Of a stretch of 64,000 nucleotides of DNA, positions 33,901-57,400 are shown one piece after another. The notes under the pieces were generated by a model. That model had not been told where the DNA came from. It worked only from the letters and a program-made list of their open reading frames with translations, and did no database searches. Both the position numbers and the translations under genes were made by a program. The stretch is from positions 12,834,001 through 12,898,000 of the forward strand of contig CM022666.1 of assembly GCA_012295275.1 (NCBI GenBank), written 5' to 3'. The first letter of the stretch is position 1. The number at the start of each line of letters is the position of its first letter. This DNA comes from Chrysomallon squamiferum (Eukaryota; Animalia; Mollusca).

Positions 33901-36900
33901 TATGAAGGGAAATGGTCTGGAGGAAGACAAGTGAATTTATGTAAGGATGAAAACTAGATGGACCCTTGAGAGGAACTGTGTGTCAGAGAACAAAAGCTAG
34001 ACAGAAAGAAGCAGACACAACATCCTGAGGCTTCCACAAAACAGTGATACCCAATAATTGCATGGTGATGATGGTAAAGGGTGCACAAACTGTAATTATA
34101 CTTAACCTATTACGCACAAAATATTTGCTTATTCCTTTTGTTTTGCCTAAGTTGTTTTGGAAAATAATGAAATTACATTTTTGATTTTTACATTAGTAAC
34201 AAACTTTTTGTAATATTCTGTGGTTAGTTTAATCACAAAAAAATTGTGAATAAAACACCTTTGTAATCAATATTACTTCTGAAATGAAATGACTGTTTGA
34301 TCAGTCTATGCACCTCTGTGATATGAAGGACAATTATGCAGTCAGTATAAATGTCAATGTGAAACAAGTTTCATTAAAAAGAAAAAATATCACCAGAGGA
34401 AAACAAATACTAAAGGGGCAGAAAATTTAATAATTAGGTTAATAAACTGAAAAATGAATTATTAATCTTTTAGGTTTAAATTAATTAGCATGTCTGAATG
34501 TGCACATGTATGTGTGTGTGTCAACTGTCTTGTTTTTGTCCATTCTTTGTTTCAAGAGAATTTAAATATTATAATGATACTAATCTTAAATCTAAAATAT
34601 TACACAGTTAGATGAATCATACCATCATTTCAAGCAGATAGAATTCACATTCTAGAACATTCTGTATTCTATAGGGATACTCTTGTGGAAATGCATAAGA
34701 AAACTTGTTTTTCACTGAAAGAAAATAAAATAAAAATAATAAAAATAATAATAATAATGATAATATAATAATAACAATAAGAACAATAATAATAGTAATA
34801 GTAATTATAATAATAAACTTAACATTATTGAACAGAATGCCTAAGTATCTAAATTAGTATTATTTATTATTTTATGTTGTTGGTGTACACACATTAATGG
34901 ATGCGAGTGTGTACACGTGGCTTATAAAAAAATATCTAAATGTGTACACTAGTGATGCTTATAAAAAAATAAACCAGTCAGAATGTATCAGTGTTTCTTC
35001 CTTTCTTTCAAGTTTAAAGAAAATTGCAGACTCACCAACATTCTGACACGTTGTGATCAGCCTGGAATTTGATATCACTCCAAACTCCTGAAATTCACAA
35101 AGACATGACAAGTGTTACTGGAATTTAATTATTTTAACTCAATAAAATGACAGTTACATTATAAAAATATTAAAATTAAATACATTAACTTGGTTAACAG
35201 ACAAAACTAAAGTTATAAGGCTTTTATTAATTTTAAATTAAAAAAAAATAATAATAAAACACAAAAATTACAAAACGTTTATCAGTATTTTTAAATAAAA
35301 GTACCAGAGTGTACTGTATCTATTATTACAACTGTCCTAAAGAAAGCTCAAAGACTGATCAATACTCATACTATCACTATCAGAGGTTGCATTAATAAAT
35401 GGCCTAAAAAGAAATATTTAAACTTCCAAATTATCATTACACTATTTTGAGTGACCTATCATCACTCATAACAAGGAATAAAATAAAGTATTAAAAATCA
35501 TTTGAATGCTGGAATGTTACATCTTCATGATTGGATTCATTATGTCTTCAGTAACATGGCAGATTGAAAACTGGTCAGGTTTTTTTTTCTGATCTTGAAG
35601 AAAGTTTTTAGCAAATCGGTTTACTCTGTATATGATAATATCACAACTACTAATGTTTCCCACAATTTGGTCTTTTCATTACAGTTTTTTGTTGGGTTGC
35701 TTTTGTTATAATACTAAGATTAACACTAGATGACAAAATAGAAAAGAAAAAAATGTAACTTGGACATGTGCAGAAGATAATTTAGGCAATTTCGTTGTTT
35801 TGCCAAAGTTACATATTAACATATACCTGACTGAACAGCATGCTAGACAAGTGTCATAATAAAGTCACTGGTATGTGTTGACTTTACAGGAGGATAGTGT
35901 GTTTCACCCTCCATTGCTGACAGATGGTAAAGGTAGTGCAAGTAATGATATACTCATATAGCTCATTTTATATAAGTGTGCAGGTATCACTGCTCAAAGA
36001 ATTATTCATTTGTTCTTTCCGTTCAAAGTTTAACTCACCTCGACTTTTGATGCTAAGAATATACATGTGGGTGCCATTAACCAGGGATCAATACACTTCA
36101 AAGAATTTCTAAAACAGGAAAACAGATAAATATTTAATTTTTATTATTATGTTTACTACCATTATCGTATTCCAAAAATTAAATTATATAAGGAAAAAAG
36201 AAATTTAAATGGAAATATAAATCTGTGCATCTAATTTTTTATTGTTCATTCACAAATTATGTATAGATCTTAGAATTAAACAGAGGATATGAACATTTTT
36301 GTGTTTGTATTTCAGTTATTTGACAAATCAAACTCAACTAGCACCATCTGCAATTTTTTCAACAACAATATTTTTTACTTGCTGGAGTTGTCATTTAAAA
36401 TCTACTAAGGCAAAACAACATTTTATTTTAGTTAACATAAAACTATTTTTATTGAAAAATATGAGGAATAAATTAAGAAACATAATTTACCTTGCATAAA
36501 ATCTTTTGAAATAAATTGTTGCTGTTGCTATAACCTGCTGTCTCATCTTCAGCTGTTCTCCAAGAGCTTGAATAACTGCAGAACAGACATTTTAAATTAC
36601 ACAAGAGCTTGAATAACTGTAAAACAGACATTTTAAATTACACAAGAGCTTGAATAACTGTAAAACAGACATTTTAAATTACACAAGAGCTTGAATAACT
36701 GTAAAACAGACATTTTAAATTACACAAGAGCTTGAATAATTGTAAAACAGGATTTTAAATTACACAAGAGCTTGAATAATTGTAAAACAGGATTTTAAAT
36801 TACACAAGAGCTTGAATAACTGTAAAACAGACAGTTTAAATTACACAAGCGCTTGAATAACTGTAAAACAGACAGTTTAAATTATAAAAGAACTTGAATA

Positions 36901-37937
36901 ACTATAAAACAGGCATTCTAAATTACACAAGAGTTTGAATAACTGTAAAGAAGATGTACACAGTTGCTAGACTAAGTGTAAAACAGATGTATTACTCAAA
37001 AGCTTGGACAACTGTAAAACATATATTACATTATTCAAGGGCTTTAATACAAGACTACATATGTAGCACCTAAATTAACCAAACAGAATTTTAATAGAAT
37101 GCTAAAATCCTATTTTTTGACAAACCTAAGATGAGTTAAAAGTCCTGAAAATAACAACAAAATCTGAAATTAGTAATCACTTGAATAAACATAAAGTTTC
37201 ACTCTGGAATAAACATTTTTGTGACAACTAAGTTAACTTAAAAATTGACATCTCCAGATTTAAATGTTAATTAGACACTTTTTGTAAAAGTGAACCATTG
37301 GCAGAGGCTACAGATACTGTAAGGACCAGTTTAATTCCGTAACAAAGTAACTAATAATATTGTCGCAACTGTCTAGAAACTTACAGTTAGAAAAGAATAT
37401 TAGAATTTTTTGGTATTCTTCTTCAGTTATTACTGTTAGGTCTTGTTCCCGCACTCTTAACAAATCTTGTTTGTCCAGCATCCATTGCTGACTGAAAAGC
37501 ATTTAGAAAGGGGAAAATTTCTATGTTCACATCGTTGCAACTTTTCATTTATATTTAATGCAATTTTAAATTCATTTTTTTCCCGATATATATTATTTAT
37601 TTTTAAATATTTATAAGAAAGCTTGAAACTATATAAAGGAACACAGTCGAAATGTTTACAGTGTTAAAATATTGATATTAATCGGATAAAATAATTATTA
37701 ACAAATATGAACCACATCATAGCATAACAAAATATATTAAAAGATACGAAATTAGGTAATTAGCGACATCAGAAAAACCCGGTATATATTGCTTATATTT
37801 TATTACAATGTAAAACCCAAATCGGTTAAAGTCAGAATAGAAATGTGCAAAACAATGTAAAGTAATATTTTAAAAAAAAAAAAAAATAATAACACAAGTA
37901 TTTACTAATGTGAACTGTGCCAAAAATTGCCTGCCAT
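30943..37937 (-). CDS. CCNC: Cyclin C (Mediator CDK8-module cyclin), about 297 aa
   Basis: Eleven GT-AG exons join in frame: 37937-37906, 37491-37385, 36575-36491, 36108-36039, 35087-35036, 34714-34623, 33622-33531, 33162-33095, 32445-32366, 31674-31556, 31039-30943. Translation includes MAGNFWHSSHYQQWMLD, RQQVIATATIYFKRFYARNSLK, FLASKVEEFG, LECEFYLLEMMDCCLI and KQWFAELSVD. Confidence 0.97.
36561..36968. repeat. Minisatellite, about 10 copies of a 40-41 bp unit containing the CCNC exon-3 acceptor
   Basis: Unit caagagcttgaataactgtaaaacagacattttaaattaca starts at 36561, 36602, 36643, 36684, 36725, 36765, 36805, 36846, 36887 and 36928, with degenerate copies to about 37030. Confidence 0.97.
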
Positions 37938-38171
37938 ATTTCCTTAGACCGGAACCAGACATCGAACACACAACGCAATTAAGGGTCCCTTAATTATTTA
38001 TTGCATGGTCTCTCATCCTACTTTTATTACTATCATTGATTTAATTCGCATTGTACTGTTAAAGCAGATTCAGCTGCATCCCAGATTACTGTTTTGAGAT
38101 TCTCATTTCCAACCATAATAAATAATAATAGTTGTTTTGTTGGGTTTTTTATTTTTATTTGCGTTATTTAA

Positions 38172-38221
<50 letters not shown>

Positions 38222-40189
38222 TGAGGATTTTGAATAATACTTGATTAAAAAAATTAAGGACAGGTGATTATTAAGTAGCCATTAAACTCTTAATCATCTG
38301 AATTACATTATGCAACGTTCCCAATATATCAACGATTTTAATTTTTTTATAAATAAGCTGTTGCTTTATGCCACTTTCTTATATATGTATGTACGCGTGT
38401 GTGTGCATCTGTCTATTTATATATAATGATAAAATACATCTTCAGTTGCACCCCATTCCTTTTAGTGATTAAGATCTGCTGTGCACTGACTATTGTAAAT
38501 AAATAAATAAATAAATAAAGTAATCATACAAAAATAGTAACAAAGAATTTATTACTTATTTATAAAATGTAAATTCCACATTTTAAATAAAAGTTACTAA
38601 CAGAAGTTAATAAAAAATGTTAATACAAGTTTATACATTCAATTCAGAGCAAACATTTGAAACCAAAACAATTTTCACAATGTGTACATCTGTAGAGGAA
38701 AAAATCTGTTATCCTTTCCTGGATTCAAATGAAACAAAAATAATAATAAAATAAATAAAATAATAATAATAAAAGATTCAGTAAAAAAAAGAAAATTAAG
38801 AAAGGAAACCCAAGCATTGCAAAAGTGGTTTTTTTTAATTTGTCTAAATTATTAACAAGAGGTAAAACCTAAAAATTAAAAATTCATTAATGAAACAAAA
38901 AACAAAGTGAACTAAACATATTTTTTTTTTTTTTTTTTTTTTTATTTTTTTATTGTTGTCATAATACATCTGTATTTAAAACAGCGGGTTACAATGATGT
39001 GATTTAATTCATAATAAAGTATGTATGATGCATGTCCAATAATAAAACAGCAACATACTTCACAATACCAGATACTTCATGATGGTACATGTATTTACAT
39101 CTGAAAAATGTAGTTACTTCTAACATTGTGATTCTTAAAAACATCAATTTCATTTACATTGACAAAGGAAAGAGGAGTTTTTCTCGTTTTTTTAATAAAT
39201 GCATTTAAGATTTTCCCCTCATTTCTGCATCCAGCTAGCTGTGACACACAGGTAATTTTGACCTCCCATTTCTGTTCTCAGTTATGGTATTAATGCAATT
39301 TATTATAAACCTCTTGTATTTGCAAGATTGGTATAAAGAAAAAATAAGGCTTTTTATTATTACAAAATTCATTTTTTGTTTTAAAAGGTTGTTTATCACA
39401 CAAAGACTTGTTTTAATCTGAACTCTGTATCATAGATGAAGCATACATTTTTAATTGAAATATTACAGGTAATTATAATCTTTTCAACAGACACATTTCA
39501 TTTCTTTTAATGTATTAAGATATTGTAAAACATGGAGGATTTAACAGTGGCAAATTTAATTCTCAGTTACTGATAATAAAAAAGACTTCAATTTCATTTT
39601 AACATTCTCAAGACAAGTTAAAACAAAATGTGTAATTGGTGAAAACTGAGGTCTGGTAGCATACCACTAAGCTGCCTATATTCATACACTTTGTAACATT
39701 TGTTACATTTGTTTACTTGTAAAGAGTAAAACCACTGATAAGAAATAATGAAAACTGGACTTTCTTTTTAAAAAACATTAACCTCTGTTACAAACATACA
39801 ACAATATGTATGATCTATCATTCTGGAATTTTTCATCAAATGCCCAACAATTTCACACATATTGTCAGTGCACAATGGCTTTAGTCTCTATTTTCTTATT
39901 TTGTGTTTTAACTTTTTAAATTTTTTGTACACAAGATTTTTTATTATTAAAAATAAAAAAAAAAATAAAAAAAATGTAAAGATGGAGTGGTGGTCAAAAT
40001 CATTATGGAAACAAACAAAAATTAATGTTTCACATTCCTGCCATTGTTACCATTAAAAAAAAACCCAACATAAAACAATTTTTAGATGACATTTAGGGTC
40101 ACTACTGGTAACAAGAATATACAGTTCTCATAGTTAAAAAAGAAATTCAATTTCATTCATCCATCTATTCATTCATCCTTCTTTGTTTC

Positions 40190-49809
<9,620 letters not shown>

Positions 49810-49820
<11 letters not shown>

Positions 49821-49905
49821 TTCGAATAGAACCACGTGGAATATTTGTTTCCGGTGTGACTTGTGAAATTTACACCTTTGGCAATTTTATACCGGAAATG
49901 GAGAA
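49810..49905 (-). promoter_or_regulatory. DKC1 proximal promoter
   Basis: CpG-containing segment with two ETS-type sites (ttccggt, accggaa), an E-box cacgtg, and YY1-like aaatggcg over the start codon. Confidence 0.55.
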
Positions 49906-50519
49906 TAAAATACAAGAGTGAACGCTGAAAAAATAAAATAATAATAATAATAAATAAATAAATAAATAAATAAATAAATGATAATAACAATAACAATAAT
50001 AATGAACTGTCATACATTGAGCTTATCTACAATATACAGAAACCCTTAGAAAGTTAGCTAGTAAATGCTAAAGTACAGTTCTGCGTTGAGACATATTTAA
50101 TCTTTTCACTGAATTTTATAAATGATTTCAATTATAATGACGAACTGCTCAGTTTAAAAATTAATTTGGATTAAGAGGGAAAACGACAATAACAGTGACA
50201 GAAATAGCAGCAACAGTAACAGTAGTAATAGTACTAGTGTAATTATTATTAACAATTGTAGTAATAGTTTAGCAGTAATAATAGGAATAGCGGTACAGTA
50301 CTGGTAGTAGTAGTACCAGCGCTGATATTCTGATGTAAGGCAGAACATGTCAGGAGGCAAGATGCTAATCGACATTGCAAGATACCAACTCAGCATCGAA
50401 AATGAGTTGGCGTTCTTTGGTAGAACAGGTTCCACCATCCAGAAAACGAGCCTCAGTTTGTTACTGCTAAATACAATTTCGGACATTTCTTTTAGGCACG
50501 CTTAAAAATTAAGATCCAG

Positions 50520-50770
50520 AAAGCCAGATCACTTCCGTTTCCAATAAATACTATCCTAAATATGTCAACCACTGAAATAAAAATAAAATAAAAAATAAAA
50601 CAAAAGACACTTCGTTTCGATGGGCAAATAGAAATTCTCTTATTTTGGAGCATTTATACAGTAATTAATAAAAACGATAAACTCGTGATATTATCAGTGA
50701 ATACGTTAAATTAATTCTACTTTTATTTATTTTTCAGGTCATTTGTCAGTTTGGTATCAAGAGTCACTAA
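50520..50770 (+). repeat. Third, partial and more diverged copy of the promoter/exon module
   Basis: ttaattctacttttatttatttttcaggtcatttgtcagtttggtatcaaga (about 50711-50762) matches 51310-51360. Upstream cttccg and attttggag are colinear. Confidence 0.75.
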
Positions 50771-51079
50771 TTCGATAATCAGCAAATAAATTTCGGTGTG
50801 CCTCGCCATTTTTGTTATCACCTGTGTTTAAATGTATAAATATTACCTAAATAATAGAAAGACAAATAAAATACTGCGTCTAGCTATGTACTCGTCTTTT
50901 TGTCAGAAACTACATCTTCATAACACTACGTGGAAACAGAGAGGGACACACAAAAAAGTACACATACTGATATTTAAGACATGCACATTTATCTTTGTCA
51001 GACCCAGTATTTCTGTGGATGTGTGTGTGCGTGTGTATGTGTTCGTATGTGTTTCTCTTTACATACATAATAATGAAGA

Positions 51080-51801
51080 CTTAAATGAAAATAGAACTCC
51101 ATGCTATTTTGCAACAACATGGCGTCTGACGAAAATCTCAGATGTCGTTTGCTTCCGCTTTGTTCGGAACTTTATAGATATGACGTCAACAATTGCAATA
51201 ACGTCATTCGCTGATCGCTAGGTAAGTGTTAGGTCTTGGATTTTGGAGAATTTTAAAAAAAATTGAAATATGCTGCTATGATCGGACATTGTCGGTGAGT
51301 ACATTAAATTTAATTCTACTTATACTTATTTTTCAGATCATTTGTCATTTGGTATCAAGATTCAGTGACTGGGTATTTTGAAAATTAATCTATGGTTCTC
51401 GATCGGAAATTAATTTTCGAAATTTGCATTTATAAAATTGGGCATTAAGTTATTTAATAATCCGATCTATATTAATTTGGCGAACCCTCTAAATAAGCGT
51501 CCAAATTAATTAACTTTTGAAATTATTATAGCATTTCTTAATTTAGCGTTCTTCCTAAATTAAAATAATTATTTAAAATAATATAAAACAAATGCCTTTT
51601 GTAGTTAGTAGAGTAGGAATAGTTAAATAGATAAACACATATACACAAATATACATACAGACAGGCATACAAACAGAAAGAAAGAAAATAGAAGAAAAAA
51701 GAAGAAACAAGAAAAATAAGAAGCAAGAAAAAAAAAGGAAAAAAAAAGAATATAAGAAGACCCAAGAAAAGAAGGAAAAGCAAAAAAAGAGGAAAGAAAA
51801 A

Positions 51802-51841
<40 letters not shown>

Positions 51842-52900
51842 TTTGTAAAAATTATGAATTAAACTTATTTTTAAAATCGTTCTGTCTTAGTTATTTTTGT
51901 TTTTTTTTTTTTTTTTTTTTTTTTTCTTTTTCTTTTTGGTTCATTAGATAATAGTTTTTTTTTTTTTATTACTAACACTACTAAAACCTTTGTACACTTT
52001 AGATGAACTGAAATGAAATAAATACTTTTTAATAACTACTCCGTTGTTTGTTTTAACTATTTACTGTAAACATTAAAACTGAAATAAAAAGCACTTTTAG
52101 AGCCATTTTGTCGCTTGTTTTTCTGTAAAAAAAAAACAAAAAAAAAACAAAATATATTATTAAATAAAATAAAATAATTCTTAAAGTTAATGTGTTTGTT
52201 TTTACTATTTTCTGTAAAAAATAACAAATAAATGATTTTTTTATATATATTATTGCGTTTGTTGTTTGTGTTTTAATATTTTCTGTAAACAATTTTTAAA
52301 TGAAATAAAAACGATTTAAAAACTATTTTTTTCTTTTTTTAAATATTTTCTGTAAAAATGATAAATAGATATAAAAATGATTTTAATGCAACACGTTTTT
52401 GTTTTCTGTACGAATAATTCATTACTAACAATACTGACATTAGAACTAGTTTAGTTTCTTTTATAATTGTTATTATCTGTTATGTGTTGTATTCTGTTGA
52501 AAGAAAATTAAAATTTTTATTAATTATTCCTCACCACTGTAAATTGTTGTTATTATTAAATGTGCATTTCCTTGTTTAAATGAACTGTATCTTAAATGCA
52601 GCGACAGTGAGTCACCTGGTGAGTGATGACACCCCACCCCGTTCAGAGTGGCTAATACGGGGTTGCTCGTATTTGAAAATGAGTTATCCTGGGGGACTGT
52701 TCACCTTAGGTACAGAACACAAAACATCAGTGTTAAATTTGGTTTAAAATATCTAAATGATGTTTAAAATATATAATAACAGATAGCATAATAAAAGGAT
52801 AATAAACAAATAGTTTCTGTGTGTTTATTGATGTTTCATATTCTTTCCCAGCATTTAAAATATAATTAATACAACATCAGCTGATTCTATGTTTCACAAA
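51080..52900 (+). repeat. Right arm of long inverted repeat
   Basis: Colinear reverse-complement match to 26880-28295: aacatggc, cttccg, tgacgtca, ctag|gtaagt, tcg|gtgagt, tttcag, ctttag|atgaactgaaatgaaa, the core and aatagtttctgtgtgttta. Confidence 0.93.
52583..52738 (+). ncRNA. Candidate structured RNA (H/ACA-like) or conserved exon, copy B
   Basis: Differs from copy A by about two substitutions and a 3-nt indel. Confidence 0.4.
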
Positions 52901-54410
52901 TGCATGAAGAAACATGAATAATAATAATGGTAATGGACAAAAGAACAAAAATAATTAATTATGTAAAATGTGTGTTTATCTTGTTAAAGTGCATATATAT
53001 AAAATAATTTGCTAAAGACCTATTGTTACAGGTTAAGAGGTCTGTACTATTTGCTTTGAAGAAACAACTATAACAAATCTTCGAGGAAGTCATTTTCATT
53101 TCATATATCCACGATACCCAAAGCATTTTATTTTTTATTTGTGTTGTTTTTCTCACAGTTACGCATTGCATTTGAACTTCGATGATTTTATTACACGTTT
53201 ATAACTTCTCTTTCATAGTCTATTATAATTTTCTTCCTGTTCTTCTTTCAAGTCTGTTATAATAACAACATGTTTAGCAATATATTTTATTTTATGCAGT
53301 TACAGACTAGGCTATATATATTATATATATATTTCTGTAAGTTTCTTGTTTTATAATATACACACTATATATACATGTATTATCTACAACCTTATATTTA
53401 TTAATAGATAGTCTATCGCTTTTTCGAGACGATACTTCTCTCTGCAGAAAGAAAGGTTTTTCACTCTGGATTTTTAGTGCGAGACTTCAAGAGACATGCA
53501 GCTTTTGTTTTACAGTGTTGTTTAAATATAAGGACACGTTCTTGATTTTGTTAAACATTTGACTGTATGTTTGGCTCACCTTATTCACTCAGAATATTTA
53601 ATATCTCTAACAGTTAAACTAGTTCTCTACTTGTTGATGTATTTGTCTTAAAATGTATTTTACTAAACCCGGCAACCCACATTTGTTAGCCATTTCCGCC
53701 AATACCCTTATTTGAAGTTGAAATCGTGCGCGCGCGCACACGCACACACACACACGCACATACACACTCGTCGACTTACGACCACATTCCATTCCGACGA
53801 CCTGTCTTAAGACGTCTATATTTATAGAATCCACGTTATTGTATACAGTTCCCTTTTCTTCAGTATAAGGTGATCTTCTCATGAAAGGGAGTTCGTAAGT
53901 ACTTGAATCTGTATGATGGAAGTTTTCCAGAGTACAGGAACTACGGACAGTCAGAACAATCAATAGATGTCGTAAAAAAAAAAAAGAAGAAAGAAAATGT
54001 GACAATTCCGAAATGCACACGTCTGCTGAACGACGAATTGAGGAAAGCAGACTAAGAACACAGTTACAATGGAGTCTGCTGACTACCAACCTAGCAGTGA
54101 CTGCAGAGAAAAATAAACCTAGCTTTAGCCGCAGTACATCCATCAGTAGTGCGGTCGTAAAGTAGAACAGTCGTAAGTCGCACAGGTCGTAAGTCAACGA
54201 TTATTATGATGCATTCACACTGCATCTATATATTTGAAGTACTCTTCATGTTTATATATTACTAAAAAATTAAAATAGTATTCCTTTAATTAATTAGAAC
54301 AGATTGCCTTTAAATCTGATATTTGAACTGTGTGAAAATAAATAATGAAATAAATATTTTTTATTTAGTTAGTTTTTATTAACTATTATTATTATTCATT
54401 ATTATTATTA

Positions 54411-54465
<55 letters not shown>

Positions 54466-57400
54466 AAGCAATGTTATTAAATGGAGAAAAATACCTTTAC
54501 ATTCTACTATATTTGAATATGCTTGCCAAGTATTTTCTGAATGATTGACCCATTGTAACCGAATATCACATCAACAAAGCCCACCAAGATAAATAAATAA
54601 ATAATTAAGAAAGGAAGGAAGGAACTGAATAGGCATTTGTGTCACAAAGTCGGTTAAAGGGGGTTTATCTAAGTTTGAGCAGAAGTGGTTATGAGACACA
54701 TTCATCCTTCATTTGCAGACTGAATTAATAGTTGTGACACAGATGGCCATTTGTTGTCTGATCCATAACAGAGATGTTGAGGAACTGCACACATGCTGAT
54801 TATAAGCAACAGAGATTTACCTAGATCTTAGTGAAAGTGGTCATTGCAAACATTTTCCATTTTACAGACATAAAAACTGCTGTGACATGTAGGCTAACCC
54901 ATGTACCCTCTGGCAGAGAACAGCTCACACAGACATTTGGATGGAGAATCAGCAACATCCACTCCAGTGTCCACCTGAGCCATTGTCCACCACAGGATAT
55001 TCAGGCCACTTGTAGGCCTGTATGTAGCTTAAAGTGCTTTTGGGGCAGATCTTAGGGATTGTGTTCAATGTAATCTACAGTGATATAGTTTATTACGTCC
55101 TAGCTTGAAAGTGTATGGGTTGGAGAGATTATATGACATATTGTTATGTGACATTAATATATATTAAGGTCTCTAAAATTTGTTCTCTTTTTCAGAAATG
55201 TTGTAAATAATTGGTTTGTACTTTGGCTAGAAAGTGACATAAATAATGTCTGAAATGGCAAGTAACATATTATTTTACTTTTTCTACATTTTAAATTTAG
55301 GTGAACATTCTACAAATTTTTGTAGTGTAGGTTCCTTTATATTTTTATCTATTGTTGTTCTTACGTATATGAATAATTCAATTAAGACTTACTAGTCAAT
55401 CAATAAAGATTTGTTAAAAGTTCAAAAAGAATGAATGAATAAATAAATAAATAATAACATTAAAGTAAGAACAAAAAGAAAAAACATACACTAAAAGTTA
55501 CTTCACAACTTTATTACATTTATAAAAAAAATATATATCTCACAAACATTTCAGTTGAAAATTCTTTTTATTGATAAACAAATGTCAACAGAAAATAGTA
55601 AATAACAATGTCATGCTTCTAAAAGATTAATAAATATGTTAAAAAAAAAAACCCTTGTTAAACCAGTCATATCCAAAACATAACAGTTATTGCTGTGCAT
55701 AACACATGGTATTAGTTTTATGAAGGAACTGCACTTTTGCTATAGTACTGGATTTTTGCATTACAACCATAAATAACAATTAACACTGTATGATTAACAA
55801 AGTTTATTTATGCAAACTGACAGACATAATCACAAATGTTCTGCTAATGAATTCAGTAATTTTTAAAGTGTACCTCTGATATGATTTAACATTTCAATGA
55901 TATTCTGCATTCTTACAAGTTGTGTTTTTCTTGTCAAGAGAATGTAATAATGAAAAGTAACAGTAAAAGTGTAGTTCATATCTAGGTTGTCATTTTTCTT
56001 CAGTCATTTACATTACTATGAACCATGTGAAACAATTTGTTCTAAAGATGGGTTTTTTTTTTTTTTTTTTTTTTTTTTTCTGATTTTTAAAAATAAATAC
56101 ATACATGCGATATCATCAAGTTCTGAACTGTGACTTGTCAGCATTCAAATTTTCTGTAACAGTATTATTTTGTTCTAAGTGATAATAGGTCATTTAAAAT
56201 AATAAAATAATAATTTATAAGCAATAATTTTTTTTTATTAGACCATTATATTTTAAGAAAATGTACTTTGCAACAAGAATTGAAGACATTTAATTTTTCC
56301 AGTTAAATGACAGAATCTCAGCCAGAAATGCCATAGTATTTTAACTGAATATGTAAAGTCCCTTTAACTGAAAAGAAAATAATTTCTGTATTTAATATTT
56401 CTCATTGAAGGACTGCACTATGTAGCTTTAATGTAAAACCATTTTTAATTTTTTTTTTCTTACAGCTTTTCATTACCTAAGAAATTTTTGACCTGAAATC
56501 ATATTTTCTTTTCATTCAGATGGAACTTCATTTGGGAAGAAATATTGTTTATGCACAAGATAAAATTATGCTATAAGGTGAGTTTTATTTTGCTGAAAAT
56601 ATAATACATACAATTGAATGGGATTTTTATTATATTATTATTATTAATTTTTTTTTCTGTCTTATTATCCATTAATTGACATAACAAAAACTAAAACAAA
56701 AATAAAATATTACTTCTGGGTGACTTAAACAAACACTGATTGCTCATACTGAGGAGGGAGAGTTCTATTCATCAGAAGTCCAGTGCAGTATGTGATAGAA
56801 GGGTGTCATGGATAAATCATTAATCCACAGAGTAAGGATCAAAGGCAGATGTGTCAGAACCACAACAACCTAATAGTTTCTATCTTGACAAAACATTTGT
56901 ATGTGATAAATCAAAAACCAAACTTGCTCACACACAACTGCCCTGTCTAAAGAGTTTATTCTGTAGGAGGCAAGCAGACAAATTAGAAACTGGGAGTGTT
57001 TAACAATGAAAGAGACTGCTAGTGTACTTAAGCGAGAATGCAGAGTTTGGTGAATCCATTGTAAGAAGAGAAGCTTTGGTTGCAAAACTTTAAAAAAAAA
57101 AAGGTAAACTTAAAAAAAAAAGACACATATTCAGGTACATGGACATTATTTAATTGTTTTTATATTGTTTTTCTACAAATTGCAACATGAAGGTGGAGGA
57201 GAGATAAACTAAAAAAAAGGAGACAAAGGAAGAGATTAATGTGGATTATAAAAAGACCGAACACCATTTACAGGCAGTTTGTGTAAGAATAAAACAAAGT
57301 CTTGTGAATCAAGTGCTAGCAGCAAAACAATTCATATGGACCTTATATTACATATATTACAAAATCACCATTTACACAAGAAACCTCCTTAAATATTTCA

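Noticed and set aside
33885-34095. Purine-rich insert in CCNC intron 6, possibly a LINE 3' remnant
   Set aside because: Too degenerate to assign; no convincing protein motif.
35375-35470. C/D snoRNA in CCNC intron 4 (GUGAUGA...CUGA on minus strand)
   Set aside because: The terminal stem is weak and no rRNA or snRNA complementarity is recognisable.
52595-52720. SECIS element in the conserved core
   Set aside because: No correctly spaced AUGA...AA...GA core and no associated selenoprotein ORF.
54890-54905. Telomerase RNA template (ctaaccc here, ctaaccct near 59713) near DKC1
   Set aside because: The matches are too short, no pseudoknot is visible, and both lie downstream of the H/ACA-like core rather than upstream.
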